A DNA stretch of 60,280 bases. It comes from Candidatus Omnitrophota bacterium (GTDB taxonomy: Bacteria > Omnitrophota > Gorgyraeia > Zapsychrales > Zapsychraceae). The stretch is taken from NCBI GenBank assembly GCA_028280285.1, contig JANQMA010000023.1, forward strand, positions 1 through 60,280, given 5' to 3'. Below, in pieces: positions 26,769 to 36,600 of this stretch (the stretch's first letter is position 1; every line of letters begins with the position of its first letter). Both the position numbers and the translations under genes were made by a program. The notes beneath the pieces are model-generated. The model was not told where the DNA came from. It ran no database searches and saw only the letters and a list, made by a program, of their open reading frames with translations.

Positions 26769-28568
26769 CTATATTTTTTCATTAAAATGTTCTAGATTAG
26801 CTTGAATAGTTTTAAGAAGCCGCGCTTTGGTTGAGCTGCCCTTTAACTCGTTTTCGGTGATTTCTTTCCATACTTCCGGAATAAGGACTTGCGATTCAAC
26901 GTAACGGTCGAAGGCCTCCTGAAACTGTGTACGGTCAAAGGTGTCTTTACGTTCAAGGCATTCATTAATGATCCACGTGAGTCCGTCTCCTGTCGTACGA
27001 TATTCATGATTAATCACGGTCGCACGATTGGCTACGTTCTCCATTGTCACCCAGCGTTTGCGGCTAAGCGCATAGACCAAATCTTGATACAACTGCTGGA
27101 AGCGAAAAGCCTTTTCCTCCCGTGTTTGTGTTAGTTTTAAATCATGTTTATTGGCATAGGACGCCGCCATGATTTCGCAAAACATCACGGCCGGCATAAT
27201 CGGCCACTCGCCTTCGTCTTTGTGTTCCATAAGAAAGCCGGGAAGCTCTCTTAATATGTGACGAATGAGAAAAATCGGCGGATGGTCAATGCCATCGGGC
27301 ACCTCATGCTCCCCTTCGACAATCTTAACATCTTCAAAATAATTAAGCACAGACTGAAATTCTTCTACCTTTTGTTTATGGTGAGTAAGCAGTTCATCGA
27401 TTTGTTTATGATCAAAACCGATTTTAAAAAGCATACGCCGCTGACGGTCGATCGCAAAGACTTCATCAAAAACACGCAGACTTAAATCATCGGCAAAATC
27501 TTTAATATTCTTTTTTTCTTTAGTAATGACAAAATCGATAAGCTGAGCGAAGGTTTGAATTAAATAACGGGCTTCATTGCGTTGCTCACTAAGTGATGTC
27601 GAATAACGGTCGACATCTTCATAACGATATTTATTGTGTTTAGCCGCAAAACGCCTGATCGATCCATAATCAAGCATCGCACCACTCGCAAGCATATTAT
27701 CCCCATCCCACGCAAGCCAATTAAAAATATACTCTTCCTCCATCAGCGCTGCAAGACGCGCGTATTGCCGGGTTAAATAACCGAGGGCCATCGCATAACG
27801 TTTATTCCCTTTTTTAGGAAGTTCCCAGTGGCCATTACACTCCTGGCGGTCTAAAAAATAATCAAAAGATCTTTTAAGTTCATCATATTGTCCGGACTTT
27901 AAATAACGAAAAAGATGTGCGGGGCGCAGAAGATTTGGGGCTGTACGCACACCGATCGCGGTATTATCTTTAAAGTCAATGACAACCAGCGTTCTTTCTG
28001 TTGGGAAGTCATGACGATAAAAAATTTCCGACATCACCGCACCGGCCATCATCTCATCCAAATCGGCCAGTCCCGATGCGTAACCATAGCTATCATCGCC
28101 TGTCTTGATGGCACCTTCGACTTCCTGCGCGCCGGGGCTGAGACGCGTTGCCCCTGTCCCACGCGATGAGACATCGAATATTTTTTTACCCATTCGCACA
28201 ACGCCGTTCCATATCGCCCGCCCGTCGCCTGAAGTAGAACCCATCTTACATTCATGCTGCAACTGCAAATAACGCGTGGCCATGTACAAACGATCTTCAT
28301 AGCCATCCTTAGGAAATTCGTCGCGGTGGGCCCAATCATGCTCATTAAGGATTTGAATAGAAAAAGTTTTCAGAAGAACCTCTTCAAGCTTATCATTCAT
28401 TTTCCAAGGATGATTCTTGCGGATCAAGCCCAATTCGATCGCGAGCGCAAAATTAAAGTAAAGCACACGCCCGCCTTTGCGGTAATGAACAGGATAGTCA
28501 ACATAGCCTTCCGGGGAGACATCACGCCAGGGATGCGTGCCGTCAATTTTGGCAAACTTTTCATACAT
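26769..28568 (-). CDS. SelO/YdiU-like protein adenylyltransferase (divergent, long form)
   Basis: 599 aa. GSTSGDGRAIWNG, DVSSRGTGATRLSPG, AGAVMSEIFYRHDFPTERTLVVIDF, GVRTAPNLLRPAHLF and WDGDNMLASGAMLDYGSIRRF run colinear with the E. coli YdiU motifs LGDGR, LKGAGLTPYSR, SEAM..LGIPTTRAL, MRFGHFE and NTDNMSILGLTIDYGPFGF. Confidence 0.6.
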   Translation of the reverse strand: MYEKFAKIDGTHPWRDVSPEGYVDYPVHYRKGGRVLYFNFALAIELGLIRKNHPWKMNDKLEEVLLKTFSIQILNEHDWAHRDEFPKDGYEDRLYMATRYLQLQHECKMGSTSGDGRAIWNGVVRMGKKIFDVSSRGTGATRLSPGAQEVEGAIKTGDDSYGYASGLADLDEMMAGAVMSEIFYRHDFPTERTLVVIDFKDNTAIGVRTAPNLLRPAHLFRYLKSGQYDELKRSFDYFLDRQECNGHWELPKKGNKRYAMALGYLTRQYARLAALMEEEYIFNWLAWDGDNMLASGAMLDYGSIRRFAAKHNKYRYEDVDRYSTSLSEQRNEARYLIQTFAQLIDFVITKEKKNIKDFADDLSLRVFDEVFAIDRQRRMLFKIGFDHKQIDELLTHHKQKVEEFQSVLNYFEDVKIVEGEHEVPDGIDHPPIFLIRHILRELPGFLMEHKDEGEWPIMPAVMFCEIMAASYANKHDLKLTQTREEKAFRFQQLYQDLVYALSRKRWVTMENVANRATVINHEYRTTGDGLTWIINECLERKDTFDRTQFQEAFDRYVESQVLIPEVWKEITENELKGSSTKARLLKTIQANLEHFNEKI

Positions 28569-28704
28569 ATATTAATATTATATGGAGGAATTTGGAGGAG
28601 TCACTGGAAAATCAGGATTTTTAAATGAGCGTACAACTTATGGAACAAAGTGACGTAAGTTGTTACAGCGAATTTACCTGCGAAGCGTAAGCGGAGCAGG
28701 TTCC

Positions 28705-30045
28705 TTAGAATTGCACCTCTTCCCAACCCGCAAGTGTATCGACAGGAATAACGCGGTTGGCTTTATTCGCCACACCAATCAACCGGCCATTAAGATCAAC
28801 TAAATAATCGCCTTGCACAATCCGCTCCCCATGCACGCCGGTTCCGCGAATACCTTTCACATCATATTTAATACGAAAATCCTTATCCTTTTTGAGATAG
28901 TCTCTTTTCACAATAAAGTAATCTCCCGCAATATGACGCGCTTTATCAGAAAGATTCACATTGCCATTATTGCGCAGGGCCAAAAGTGTCGGCATAAGTT
29001 GTCCAATCGGGGTATTGACCGGATAAGGCACGGACGTTTGATCCTTATAGTCAGCCAAAGCAATAGCCACTAAATCATAATCCCTATGCATTAACACACG
29101 ATTAATAACCTTACCTTGATGAGACATCTCAATTTTTTCAGGAGCTTTATCGGATCGTCCATAAAACCCAACTTGCCGGGAAGGAAAAATAAGGTAAATT
29201 TGGCCGTCAATCTTAACAGGCAGCAGAAATAATTCACGTTTATAAATAAGCCGATCATTACCAGCTTTGCGCGAATAAGTAACCTTGACCGTTTGCATCT
29301 GTGGATGCACATTATTGGTGTATGCCACATCGGCATCCTGGGTCATATCCTTAATGGCTGTAGCAAGCCGCTCGGCGTTTTGCTCGGCCTTAATACGACT
29401 CGCTTTGGCCTCTTGCATGGCGGAAATCGCTTTTGTTTTCTCCACCTCGGCTTTATAACTTTTCGCCAGCGCCTGGGCTGCTTTGTCCTCAGCCGTCTTT
29501 TTGGCGGCCAGCGCCTGCTCTTTTAACTCAACGGCTAATTTTTGAACAGTCTTTGCCTCCTCAGCCGCCATCGTCGCCAACTCAGTCTGTTGTTTCATCT
29601 GGTCAATCAGCTTGCGATTCTCTTCGACCGCTTCTTTTTGCATTTCAAGTTCGTTCTGATAAGACTTTTCAATTTTTTCACGCTCGGCCTGTTGTGCTGC
29701 TATTTCACTATTCAGTTGATCAAGCGTTTGTTCACGCTCTTTGAGCATCTTTTCTGTTTGTTCCAAATTTCTGGTAATAGCATCGCGTTCTGTTTTATTG
29801 GATTGCAGCGTCTTCTCTACCTCTTTACGTCGCTTCGCTTCCGCTTCTTTTTCTAAACGTGCTTGCACTAATTTTTTCTCAAGCGCTTCTTCAGACTTTC
29901 TTTTATCTTCTTTAAGCACCTCATGCATTTCTTTTAAGTGGAAAAAATCATCCATCGTGAGGACACTTTGCGTTCCAACATTCGTGATGGATGTCAGATA
30001 AAGGATAAGGAATATGTCGCACATGCCGATTAAAAACATTCTCAT
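28705..30045 (-). CDS. TM-Asp (TolR/ExbD/MotB-like anchor) + long coiled coil + C-terminal globular domain
   Basis: 446 aa. N-terminal helix MRMFLIGMCDIFLILYLTSI carries an embedded Asp10 (compare ExbD/TolR ...DVMLVLLIIF). ~200 aa of E/K/A/Q-rich helix resembling TolA domain II. C-terminal ~200 aa has DegP-like strings (DLVAIAL; GDYLVDLNGRLIGVAN), and I see no GxSGG serine motif. AAGGAG RBS. 14 nt downstream of the MotA/ExbB-like gene. Confidence 0.4.
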   Translation of the reverse strand: MRMFLIGMCDIFLILYLTSITNVGTQSVLTMDDFFHLKEMHEVLKEDKRKSEEALEKKLVQARLEKEAEAKRRKEVEKTLQSNKTERDAITRNLEQTEKMLKEREQTLDQLNSEIAAQQAEREKIEKSYQNELEMQKEAVEENRKLIDQMKQQTELATMAAEEAKTVQKLAVELKEQALAAKKTAEDKAAQALAKSYKAEVEKTKAISAMQEAKASRIKAEQNAERLATAIKDMTQDADVAYTNNVHPQMQTVKVTYSRKAGNDRLIYKRELFLLPVKIDGQIYLIFPSRQVGFYGRSDKAPEKIEMSHQGKVINRVLMHRDYDLVAIALADYKDQTSVPYPVNTPIGQLMPTLLALRNNGNVNLSDKARHIAGDYFIVKRDYLKKDKDFRIKYDVKGIRGTGVHGERIVQGDYLVDLNGRLIGVANKANRVIPVDTLAGWEEVQF

Positions 30046-30059
30046 TGCCCAATACTCCT

Positions 30060-30611
30060 TTACGTTAAATCGTTTTTAAGTGGTAAAGACACGAGAATTG
30101 TAAATCGGCCGAATAAGTACAGCAGAATGCCAGAAATTGTTGTCAAATAGGCCAGTGGCGCAGAAAGCGTACCGGCCAAAAAATGCGTCATACACACACC
30201 CAGTAATGATCCCAAAAGCCCCAAGTACAGTGGCGTCTCCGTAAGAAACTCAATCTGGCGCAAATCGCGCAGTGTAAACTCACTTTTATGACGTGTTTTA
30301 TACGCCGCCATCAGAAGTGGCGTAATCTGAAGAATAATAAAAGCCAGAATCATAATCACCAACCACCTCGGCGCCTCGGGTCTGGTTTCCTGCCCAGGTA
30401 ACGGAGCCCCGGTCTCAAGATGCGCTATTTTTTGGTCAAATGTTATTTGCGGCTGCGGCGTCTGAGGATCTGGATTATATTGGCTAATAAAAACCGCTGA
30501 TCCAACAATCGCAAACATAATCAGTGCATAAATCATTTTAAAGATGGAAGAAGAATATTCGTTTTTAACAGTTGCCGCTTTTTTGCTATGAGATGAATTT
30601 TTCTTGTCCAT
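30060..30611 (-). CDS. MotA/TolQ/ExbB-family-like membrane protein (divergent, short)
   Basis: 183 aa from ATG 30611 (GAGGAGG RBS). Four hydrophobic helices. C-terminal TPLYLGLLGSLLGVCMTHF...SAPLAYLTTISGILLYLFG resembles the P.LGLLGTV.GM...AL.TT..GL signature. The track's start at 30680 reads through a hairpin. Confidence 0.4.
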   Translation of the reverse strand: MDKKNSSHSKKAATVKNEYSSSIFKMIYALIMFAIVGSAVFISQYNPDPQTPQPQITFDQKIAHLETGAPLPGQETRPEAPRWLVIMILAFIILQITPLLMAAYKTRHKSEFTLRDLRQIEFLTETPLYLGLLGSLLGVCMTHFLAGTLSAPLAYLTTISGILLYLFGRFTILVSLPLKNDLT

Positions 30612-30622
30612 TTTAAGCCTCC

Positions 30623-30680
30623 TCAACTGCGTCAGTTGAATAAACCTATGCCTATTCAACTGACGCAGTTGAATAGGCAT
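30623..30680 (-). promoter_or_regulatory. Mutually exclusive stem-loops between addB-like and the MotA-like gene (terminator and/or translational control)
   Basis: Minus-strand RNA: AUGCCUAUUCAACUG-CGU-CAGUUGAAUAGGCAU, a perfect 15-bp stem. Then UCAACUG-ACG-CAGUUGA abuts the GGAGG RBS. The two 20-nt halves (30623-30642 and 30653-30672) are also perfect reverse complements of each other. Confidence 0.45.
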
Positions 30681-30725
30681 TTCGCTATTGTAAAGGCTTA
30701 AGCTTCTTTTGGCAAGTGCCCCGCT

Positions 30726-33524
30726 TTAAACCGGATCATCGATAAACGGAATATCAAGATCCGTGATTTCTGCCATAATGAAATCCAAGGCGCCTAAATA
30801 GGGCTGCAATACCGATCCGGCATCAGTTGTTGGACTCTTTAAAAACTTCGTCATTTTAAGTGTACGCAAATTATATAGAGCCGCGTTAATAGGCTCAGCA
30901 GGGTATTGATTGCTCAAGGTATACAAATACAACGGCAGCTGGAAAGACTTAATATGGTCACGAATAGCCTCGCGGGATAATTCTAAATTGGCAACACGCT
31001 CAGCACTTTGCGGCGCAATATCACTCGAACCGGTTTTATAATCAATAATCATAATCGTCCCATCCTCCATTCGATCGATACGATCAACAATATAACCGAA
31101 TCGGTAGGTACCGTTTTGTAGCTTAATCTGATCTTCAAACCATTTCTCAACAAACAGCACCGCCTTAACGCGCCTATCTTCACTCTCACGTTCATGTTCA
31201 AGGAAAAATTTAAATCGTTCCTGCAAAACACTTTTAAGGAGGAATGCATCGCTTTTCATCGATTTAGCAAAGGTTTGTTCAAACCGGTATTCGAAATATT
31301 GAAAAAAGCCTTGGATAAACTGATCGTCAATCACAGGTTTGCTATTTAAGAAATGTTTGAACTGCTCTTCTAACACCGCATGCGCAAATGTCCCTACCTG
31401 GGCGGCATCCGGCTCATCCAAAAGATCTTCTTTTTCTCTTAGTCCCAAAACATAGTTAGTATAAAAATCCATGGGATTGCGCAGATACGTATTAATACTA
31501 GATGGAGAATAACGATGATTCTTAAGAAACTCAACTACCTGCCTGGTTTTTTTCACCTCTTTGCGCCCAGCACCTATATTAACTTGGAAAACAGCCTCCT
31601 GCGGCTTAAGAATATCTGTTTTATTATGCTTCTTTTCTTCTGCCCAGATAAGCTCCTCGATAAAACGGCTGCGCTCTTTATCTTTACTCTCTTGATAAAT
31701 AAGATGCACATTCTTAGCCGATGAAATAAGCCGCATAAACTGATAACGCTGGATTTCTTCTTCGAGCTCCATCCGGTCGAGCCCAAGGCTTATCATCACC
31801 TCACGCGGAATAAGCGGCTCATAAAGATTTAAATGCGGTAAAACGCCTTCATTGACATCAAGCACAATCACATGATCAAAATTAAGCGAACGCGTTTCAA
31901 AAAGCCCCAAGAGCTGCAGCCCTTTAAGCGGTGAGCCCGAAAATGCGACGATCTCGCTATCCATCTTCGATTCAAAAATACGAAACATCTCCTCCTTGTC
32001 AAATGCCTCACCACCAAATGATGCTCCGTTTAGTTCATCGAGCATATATGCAATTTTATCAGCAATATTCAGATTAAGCGGATAATGATACATCGCACTT
32101 TTGTCAATAATCAAATCAAGCACTGATTGAAGTTGATTAACAAAAGAAGCAAAATTATTGACTTTTTCCCAAGCCTTCAAAAAATGCTCATGAATATTTT
32201 TTAGAACATCTCTTATCTCATTTTCCGATGCTTTTATATTTAACCGCTTGAGCATTGTCTTTGTTAAATCAAAGACTTCCGCGCAATTCTCAACATCCTC
32301 AAGTCGAATAAAAAGTGAACCGGAAATACCCGACGGCTCCATGCCGGTTAAAATCTCCTCGATCTTGTGAACAAGAATACGTGTCAACTGTGGATCACCG
32401 GTTAAATTAAGATTTTTGACAAATGGATGCCGCAAGACCTTTAAATAATCTTTGGCATAATACCGACCATTGTCAAAAGACAGCTGCGCACGAAATACCA
32501 TTTGAATAAGCGCATAAAGACTACTGCGTTTTAAAGGATAACCCATTGAAATATTAAAGTCCTTGGCAATTGATGCAACTTCGGATAAAAGCGGAACAAT
32601 ATGATCGGGGTTGGGTAAAACAATCACTGTTTTTTCATGCTCTTTAATCGTACCAAGGACTCCTCTGACCAAACCGATCTGCGAATGCGCGTCAAACCCT
32701 TTGTAGAGCTTAAGATCAAAGGTAGTCGGCTTTGGTTCATCTCCCTCGGAGATATCAATTTGAAAGCGTTTAGCGGTTCTTGCCAAAACCGGCCAGCGAC
32801 GGGCATCACCTTGAAAAACAAATGTTGCCATCTCACGATCAAACAAATTCTTAACCACGGCCTCTTCCGAACGATTAAAGTAAAAAAAGTTGGCAAAAAT
32901 GATATGCTCGATACCAATCATATCAAAATCATTAATCATGCGTGCTGCCGTAAAGTACTTAAACCCACGCGAATACATTTTAGTTTCTCTCATATGCGCA
33001 TGATACTTTGTGCGAATGGTAATAATATGGCGCAGCAAACCATTGATCTCATCCGGTACACCATAACCGATCGCCGCATTTTCTTTAAGCGCTGCAAGCC
33101 TGTTATTATCCACATCCTCCAAATCAAGCTGGTCAATAAAACGCAAGATTTCCTGTGCCCAAGGCAAAAAGGCCGCAAAGTTTGCGCGTCCCTTAAGTAT
33201 GTCTGGACAGTACGTTCTGGCCAAATCATAAATCACATACGCCTGATCCAAATCATTAGCTTTGGTGAATGATTGTGATTGACGAATCGTATAGGCAATA
33301 AAATCATCGATGGTGAAAATACGTGGCGCGATAAAACCTTGACCGATGCACTTGGCAAGTGCTCGTCGTAAAAAAAGCGCCGGTCGTTTACCACCAAAAA
33401 CAATGGCAAGTTTACTCATATCACGGTCTTCCGTCACATAATTAGCGGCTAAGTAATCAGCGAAATGATCAATAAATCCTTCGGTGAAGGGAAAAGTGAT
33501 AACGTTTTTGCCTAGTGTTTTCAT
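30726..33524 (-). CDS. addB: AddB/RexB-like PD-(D/E)XK nuclease subunit (no Walker A seen)
   Basis: 932 aa. C-terminal nuclease motif GYIVDRIDRMEDGTIMIIDYKTGS. Directly downstream of the AddA-like gene. Confidence 0.65.
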   Translation of the reverse strand: MKTLGKNVITFPFTEGFIDHFADYLAANYVTEDRDMSKLAIVFGGKRPALFLRRALAKCIGQGFIAPRIFTIDDFIAYTIRQSQSFTKANDLDQAYVIYDLARTYCPDILKGRANFAAFLPWAQEILRFIDQLDLEDVDNNRLAALKENAAIGYGVPDEINGLLRHIITIRTKYHAHMRETKMYSRGFKYFTAARMINDFDMIGIEHIIFANFFYFNRSEEAVVKNLFDREMATFVFQGDARRWPVLARTAKRFQIDISEGDEPKPTTFDLKLYKGFDAHSQIGLVRGVLGTIKEHEKTVIVLPNPDHIVPLLSEVASIAKDFNISMGYPLKRSSLYALIQMVFRAQLSFDNGRYYAKDYLKVLRHPFVKNLNLTGDPQLTRILVHKIEEILTGMEPSGISGSLFIRLEDVENCAEVFDLTKTMLKRLNIKASENEIRDVLKNIHEHFLKAWEKVNNFASFVNQLQSVLDLIIDKSAMYHYPLNLNIADKIAYMLDELNGASFGGEAFDKEEMFRIFESKMDSEIVAFSGSPLKGLQLLGLFETRSLNFDHVIVLDVNEGVLPHLNLYEPLIPREVMISLGLDRMELEEEIQRYQFMRLISSAKNVHLIYQESKDKERSRFIEELIWAEEKKHNKTDILKPQEAVFQVNIGAGRKEVKKTRQVVEFLKNHRYSPSSINTYLRNPMDFYTNYVLGLREKEDLLDEPDAAQVGTFAHAVLEEQFKHFLNSKPVIDDQFIQGFFQYFEYRFEQTFAKSMKSDAFLLKSVLQERFKFFLEHERESEDRRVKAVLFVEKWFEDQIKLQNGTYRFGYIVDRIDRMEDGTIMIIDYKTGSSDIAPQSAERVANLELSREAIRDHIKSFQLPLYLYTLSNQYPAEPINAALYNLRTLKMTKFLKSPTTDAGSVLQPYLGALDFIMAEITDLDIPFIDDPV

Positions 33525-33548
33525 AATATGAATAAAAATAATGATGCT

Positions 33549-33614
33549 GTACGGGTCGCTCGCGAGCGACCCTAATTTTTCGACATATTAGGGCGGCTCA
33601 CGAGCCGCCCCTAC
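33549..33614. repeat. REPIN doublet of GTAG-type REPs (GTAGGGGC-hairpin-GCCCTAAT)
   Basis: gtacGGGTCGCTCGCGAGCGACCCtaat (33549-33576) and, inverted, attaGGGCGGCTCACGAGCCGCCCctac (33587-33614). The TAG stop of the addA-like gene (33611-33613) lies inside the GTAG. Confidence 0.75.
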
Positions 33615-36600
33615 GTCACCTCTATTACCTTTTTATTTTTCGTCAACAAAACATACCCTTTCACATTCTTTCCAGAATAAATCCCCCGGCATATACCCAT
33701 ATATTCTTTAACCTGATCTCGATATTCATCCTTCATCTCATCGGTGTATTTATAATCAATAACCCAAAGTTCGTTTTCAAAAATCATGAGCCGGTCAATC
33801 CGCTTTGTGTGTCCTTCTTCCGTAATCAGTTCTATTTCATTATAGACTTCAGCATCGGGCACATTAAAAAACCGAGCAAACGCCGCGTCGCTTAGAATCG
33901 CAACCGTATGATTCTTTAACTTACTCATCTCATGTGAGTCGATTACCATATCGATATTTTGCCGATCAAGTTCAATAATCTGCTCAGCCTTAACAGTCGT
34001 ATTTTCAAATAAAGCCAAAAAGCGGTGAATGATCTCCCCTTGCCGACGGACCGTGCGGTTTCTTACCTGATCAATACTAACAAACTCCTCATTCAAATAT
34101 TTAATCCAATCATAATACTCAGCCTTTTCTAAGGGCTCGGGCGAAATCTGCGCTTTTATCTGTTTACTTGTTTGCCTGGCTCCATTTGTGTACAGCTCCT
34201 CAGGGATCAGAAGTTTTGCTATATTATTCGACTGACCAACTTTTTTTGGAATAAAACCGTAAAGCTCACTGCCAGCGCGTGTCAGCGCCACATAGACATT
34301 ATTGATTTCCGAAACGAGGGCTGTGCGATACTCATCCGCATAAATTTGATAAAGCGTATCAGAATAAAGATAATATTTGGCTTTAAGTCTTAGAAGGTTT
34401 CTTTTCCCATTAATCAAAAGCGAGACAAACGACTGCTTATTATCATGTGCGCCATGTCCGATCTGAACATCCATCCCTAAAAAAGGAATAATCACTACCG
34501 GAAACTCAAGCCCCTTGGATTTGTGAATCGTAAGCACATTCACCGCCTCGGTCTTGGTGCTGTGCACATAAAGCTCTTCTCCGGTTAAATTATCAAAGTA
34601 GGTAAGAAAAGCGCTTAAATCACTCACCTCCTCTTCCTGTTTTTTAATAAGTTCAAGCAAATGCATTAAAAACCCCTGATCATCGGGAAAATATGTTAAA
34701 CAGTCAAACTTTGTATAAAAGCTGACGACAAGTTCATACAAAGGATAGAGCCCCACACTTCTAAAAAATTCACTTAAAAAGTCATCCCATAACTTGGGAT
34801 GATCCTTGCGAAATGCCGTATAGAGATAAAAATCATTTTCTTCGACAATGTTTGATCGTTTAGAAAAGATATACTTATGCCAATCGCCTGTCTTGGTACC
34901 GGTAGCACGCGCAAAGACATCACTTAAAATAAATTCGGCAAAAGCAATATTATTGATGGGCGAATCAATAAATCTTAAAAAACTTATAATGGAAAGAACT
35001 GTTTGATTTTCCTGGATATTGGATGTGCGTTCCGACTGGACCGGGATTCCCTCGACCATCAGCCAATTGGTGACTTGTTCAATATGCGCATTGCTACGTG
35101 CTAAAACAGCGATATCGGATAGGGCAAAGCGCCCTTTAAGATCATCCATCAGTGTCATAAACTGATCGTGAATATATTCATCGCGTTCTTCTTTATTTCC
35201 AATATCGACATACTCTAGATGAACATAACCACCATCACGGTCTTTTTGATGTGTTTGCTTGGATGTGGCAAAAAGATTGGTCACAACATCAACTTGCTCA
35301 TCATCAAAATAAACAGTGGTGTGTTTGTTGGATTTTTTAGCTTCATCGATGGCGCGCTTACGCTGAATAAATCCACGCAAATTTTCTTCAGAAAAAATGT
35401 GATTATTAAAATTGACAATCGCCTTTTGGCTACGCCAATTATTGGCAAGTGTCTCCGGACAGACATTAAAATCATTAAACTTATCCTTAATTTCATCAAA
35501 TAGATTCACATCCCCGCCACGAAAGCCGTAAATCGCTTGCTTGCGATCACCCACATAAAATAGTGTACCTCCGGTCGAAAGGGCTTCGCGGACCATCTCC
35601 TCGACATTATGCCATTGCAGGCGTGATGTATCCTGAAACTCATCCAAGAGATAATGATGAAAACGTGTGGCCAGACGATAATATAATTCTTCAACGGTCA
35701 CACGCTCTTCATCGAAAAGACGCGTAGCCTTTTTGTTAAGCTCGGAAAGAAAAAGGATGTCATCTTTGGCCGTAAGCGTCTCAACCCCCTCTTTAACCTC
35801 ATCATAAACAAAGATATAGGGATTAAACAGACTTGCTGCCTCCAATTCACACAGCGTACGCACTTCTTTGACAATTTTATCCCAAAGTTTATCGATATCA
35901 CGATCGACCTGAACACCCTTATTAACTGGAAGCGCATCGTTTTTGAAATAGGTGGATAATCCGTCGATATCAAAACTATTTGTGTATTTATTAAGAAAAG
36001 CGTCTGTACTTTTCAAAAATGTTTTATTTACCCCTTCAGGCATTTTTTCTTTGAGCGTTTTGATATCATATAAAATAGATTTTTTAAGTTTAATGATATC
36101 CTCACTCAAAATCGGACTCGCATTAAATACCTGGCCATAAGTGTTGTCTTCATTAAATAGGGTAAAAATAATATCAAGCATATCTTTCTTGGGAAACCAG
36201 CCGGTGCGGTTTTCAATAAAAAGATAGTTATTAAGAAAAGTTTGGAATTTGCCGCGAATGTCTTTATCCGTATGGGCCCGGTCGATTAACTGATCAAGGC
36301 TGTGCTCAAGGTACTCGGCTGCATTGGTTTTAATTTTAAAGTTGGCGGTAAGACCGATCTTAAAGGCGCAACCTGAGAGAATCGCGTTAATGAATTTATC
36401 AATCGTCTGAATCTGAAAATAGTTGTAGTTGTGAATCACCTCATCCATGAGGTAATATGCCTTGGCCTGTGCTTCTTTGACACTTACACCAATGGGCCTC
36501 AGGATCTCTTCCTCCTCCACCGAATCCATTGTGCCGAGGGCTATTTTCTTAAGGAATTGCAAAATCCGCGCCTTCATCTCATAGGCGGCTTTATTAGTGA

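Noticed and set aside
30612-30680. N-terminal extensions offered by the ORF track (30680, 23449, 43723, 48536, 60006, 26031, 8252, 45508)
   Set aside because: The extra codons read through hairpin arms or tandem repeats (MPIQLRQLNRHRFIQLTQL, MTNDQRP, MRLTVSMHVTVSM), or start at TTG/GTG without an RBS. Internal ATGs with AGGAGG-type sites give canonical family N-termini.
32637-33272. 211-aa plus-strand ORF antisense to the addB-like gene. Similar long antisense ORFs: 54308..54757+, 36987..37301+, 9318..9722+, 29433..29856+, 16542..16904+
   Set aside because: They have low-complexity or odd composition, no RBS and no recognisable motifs. Each is fully overlapped by a minus-strand gene with strong family signatures.
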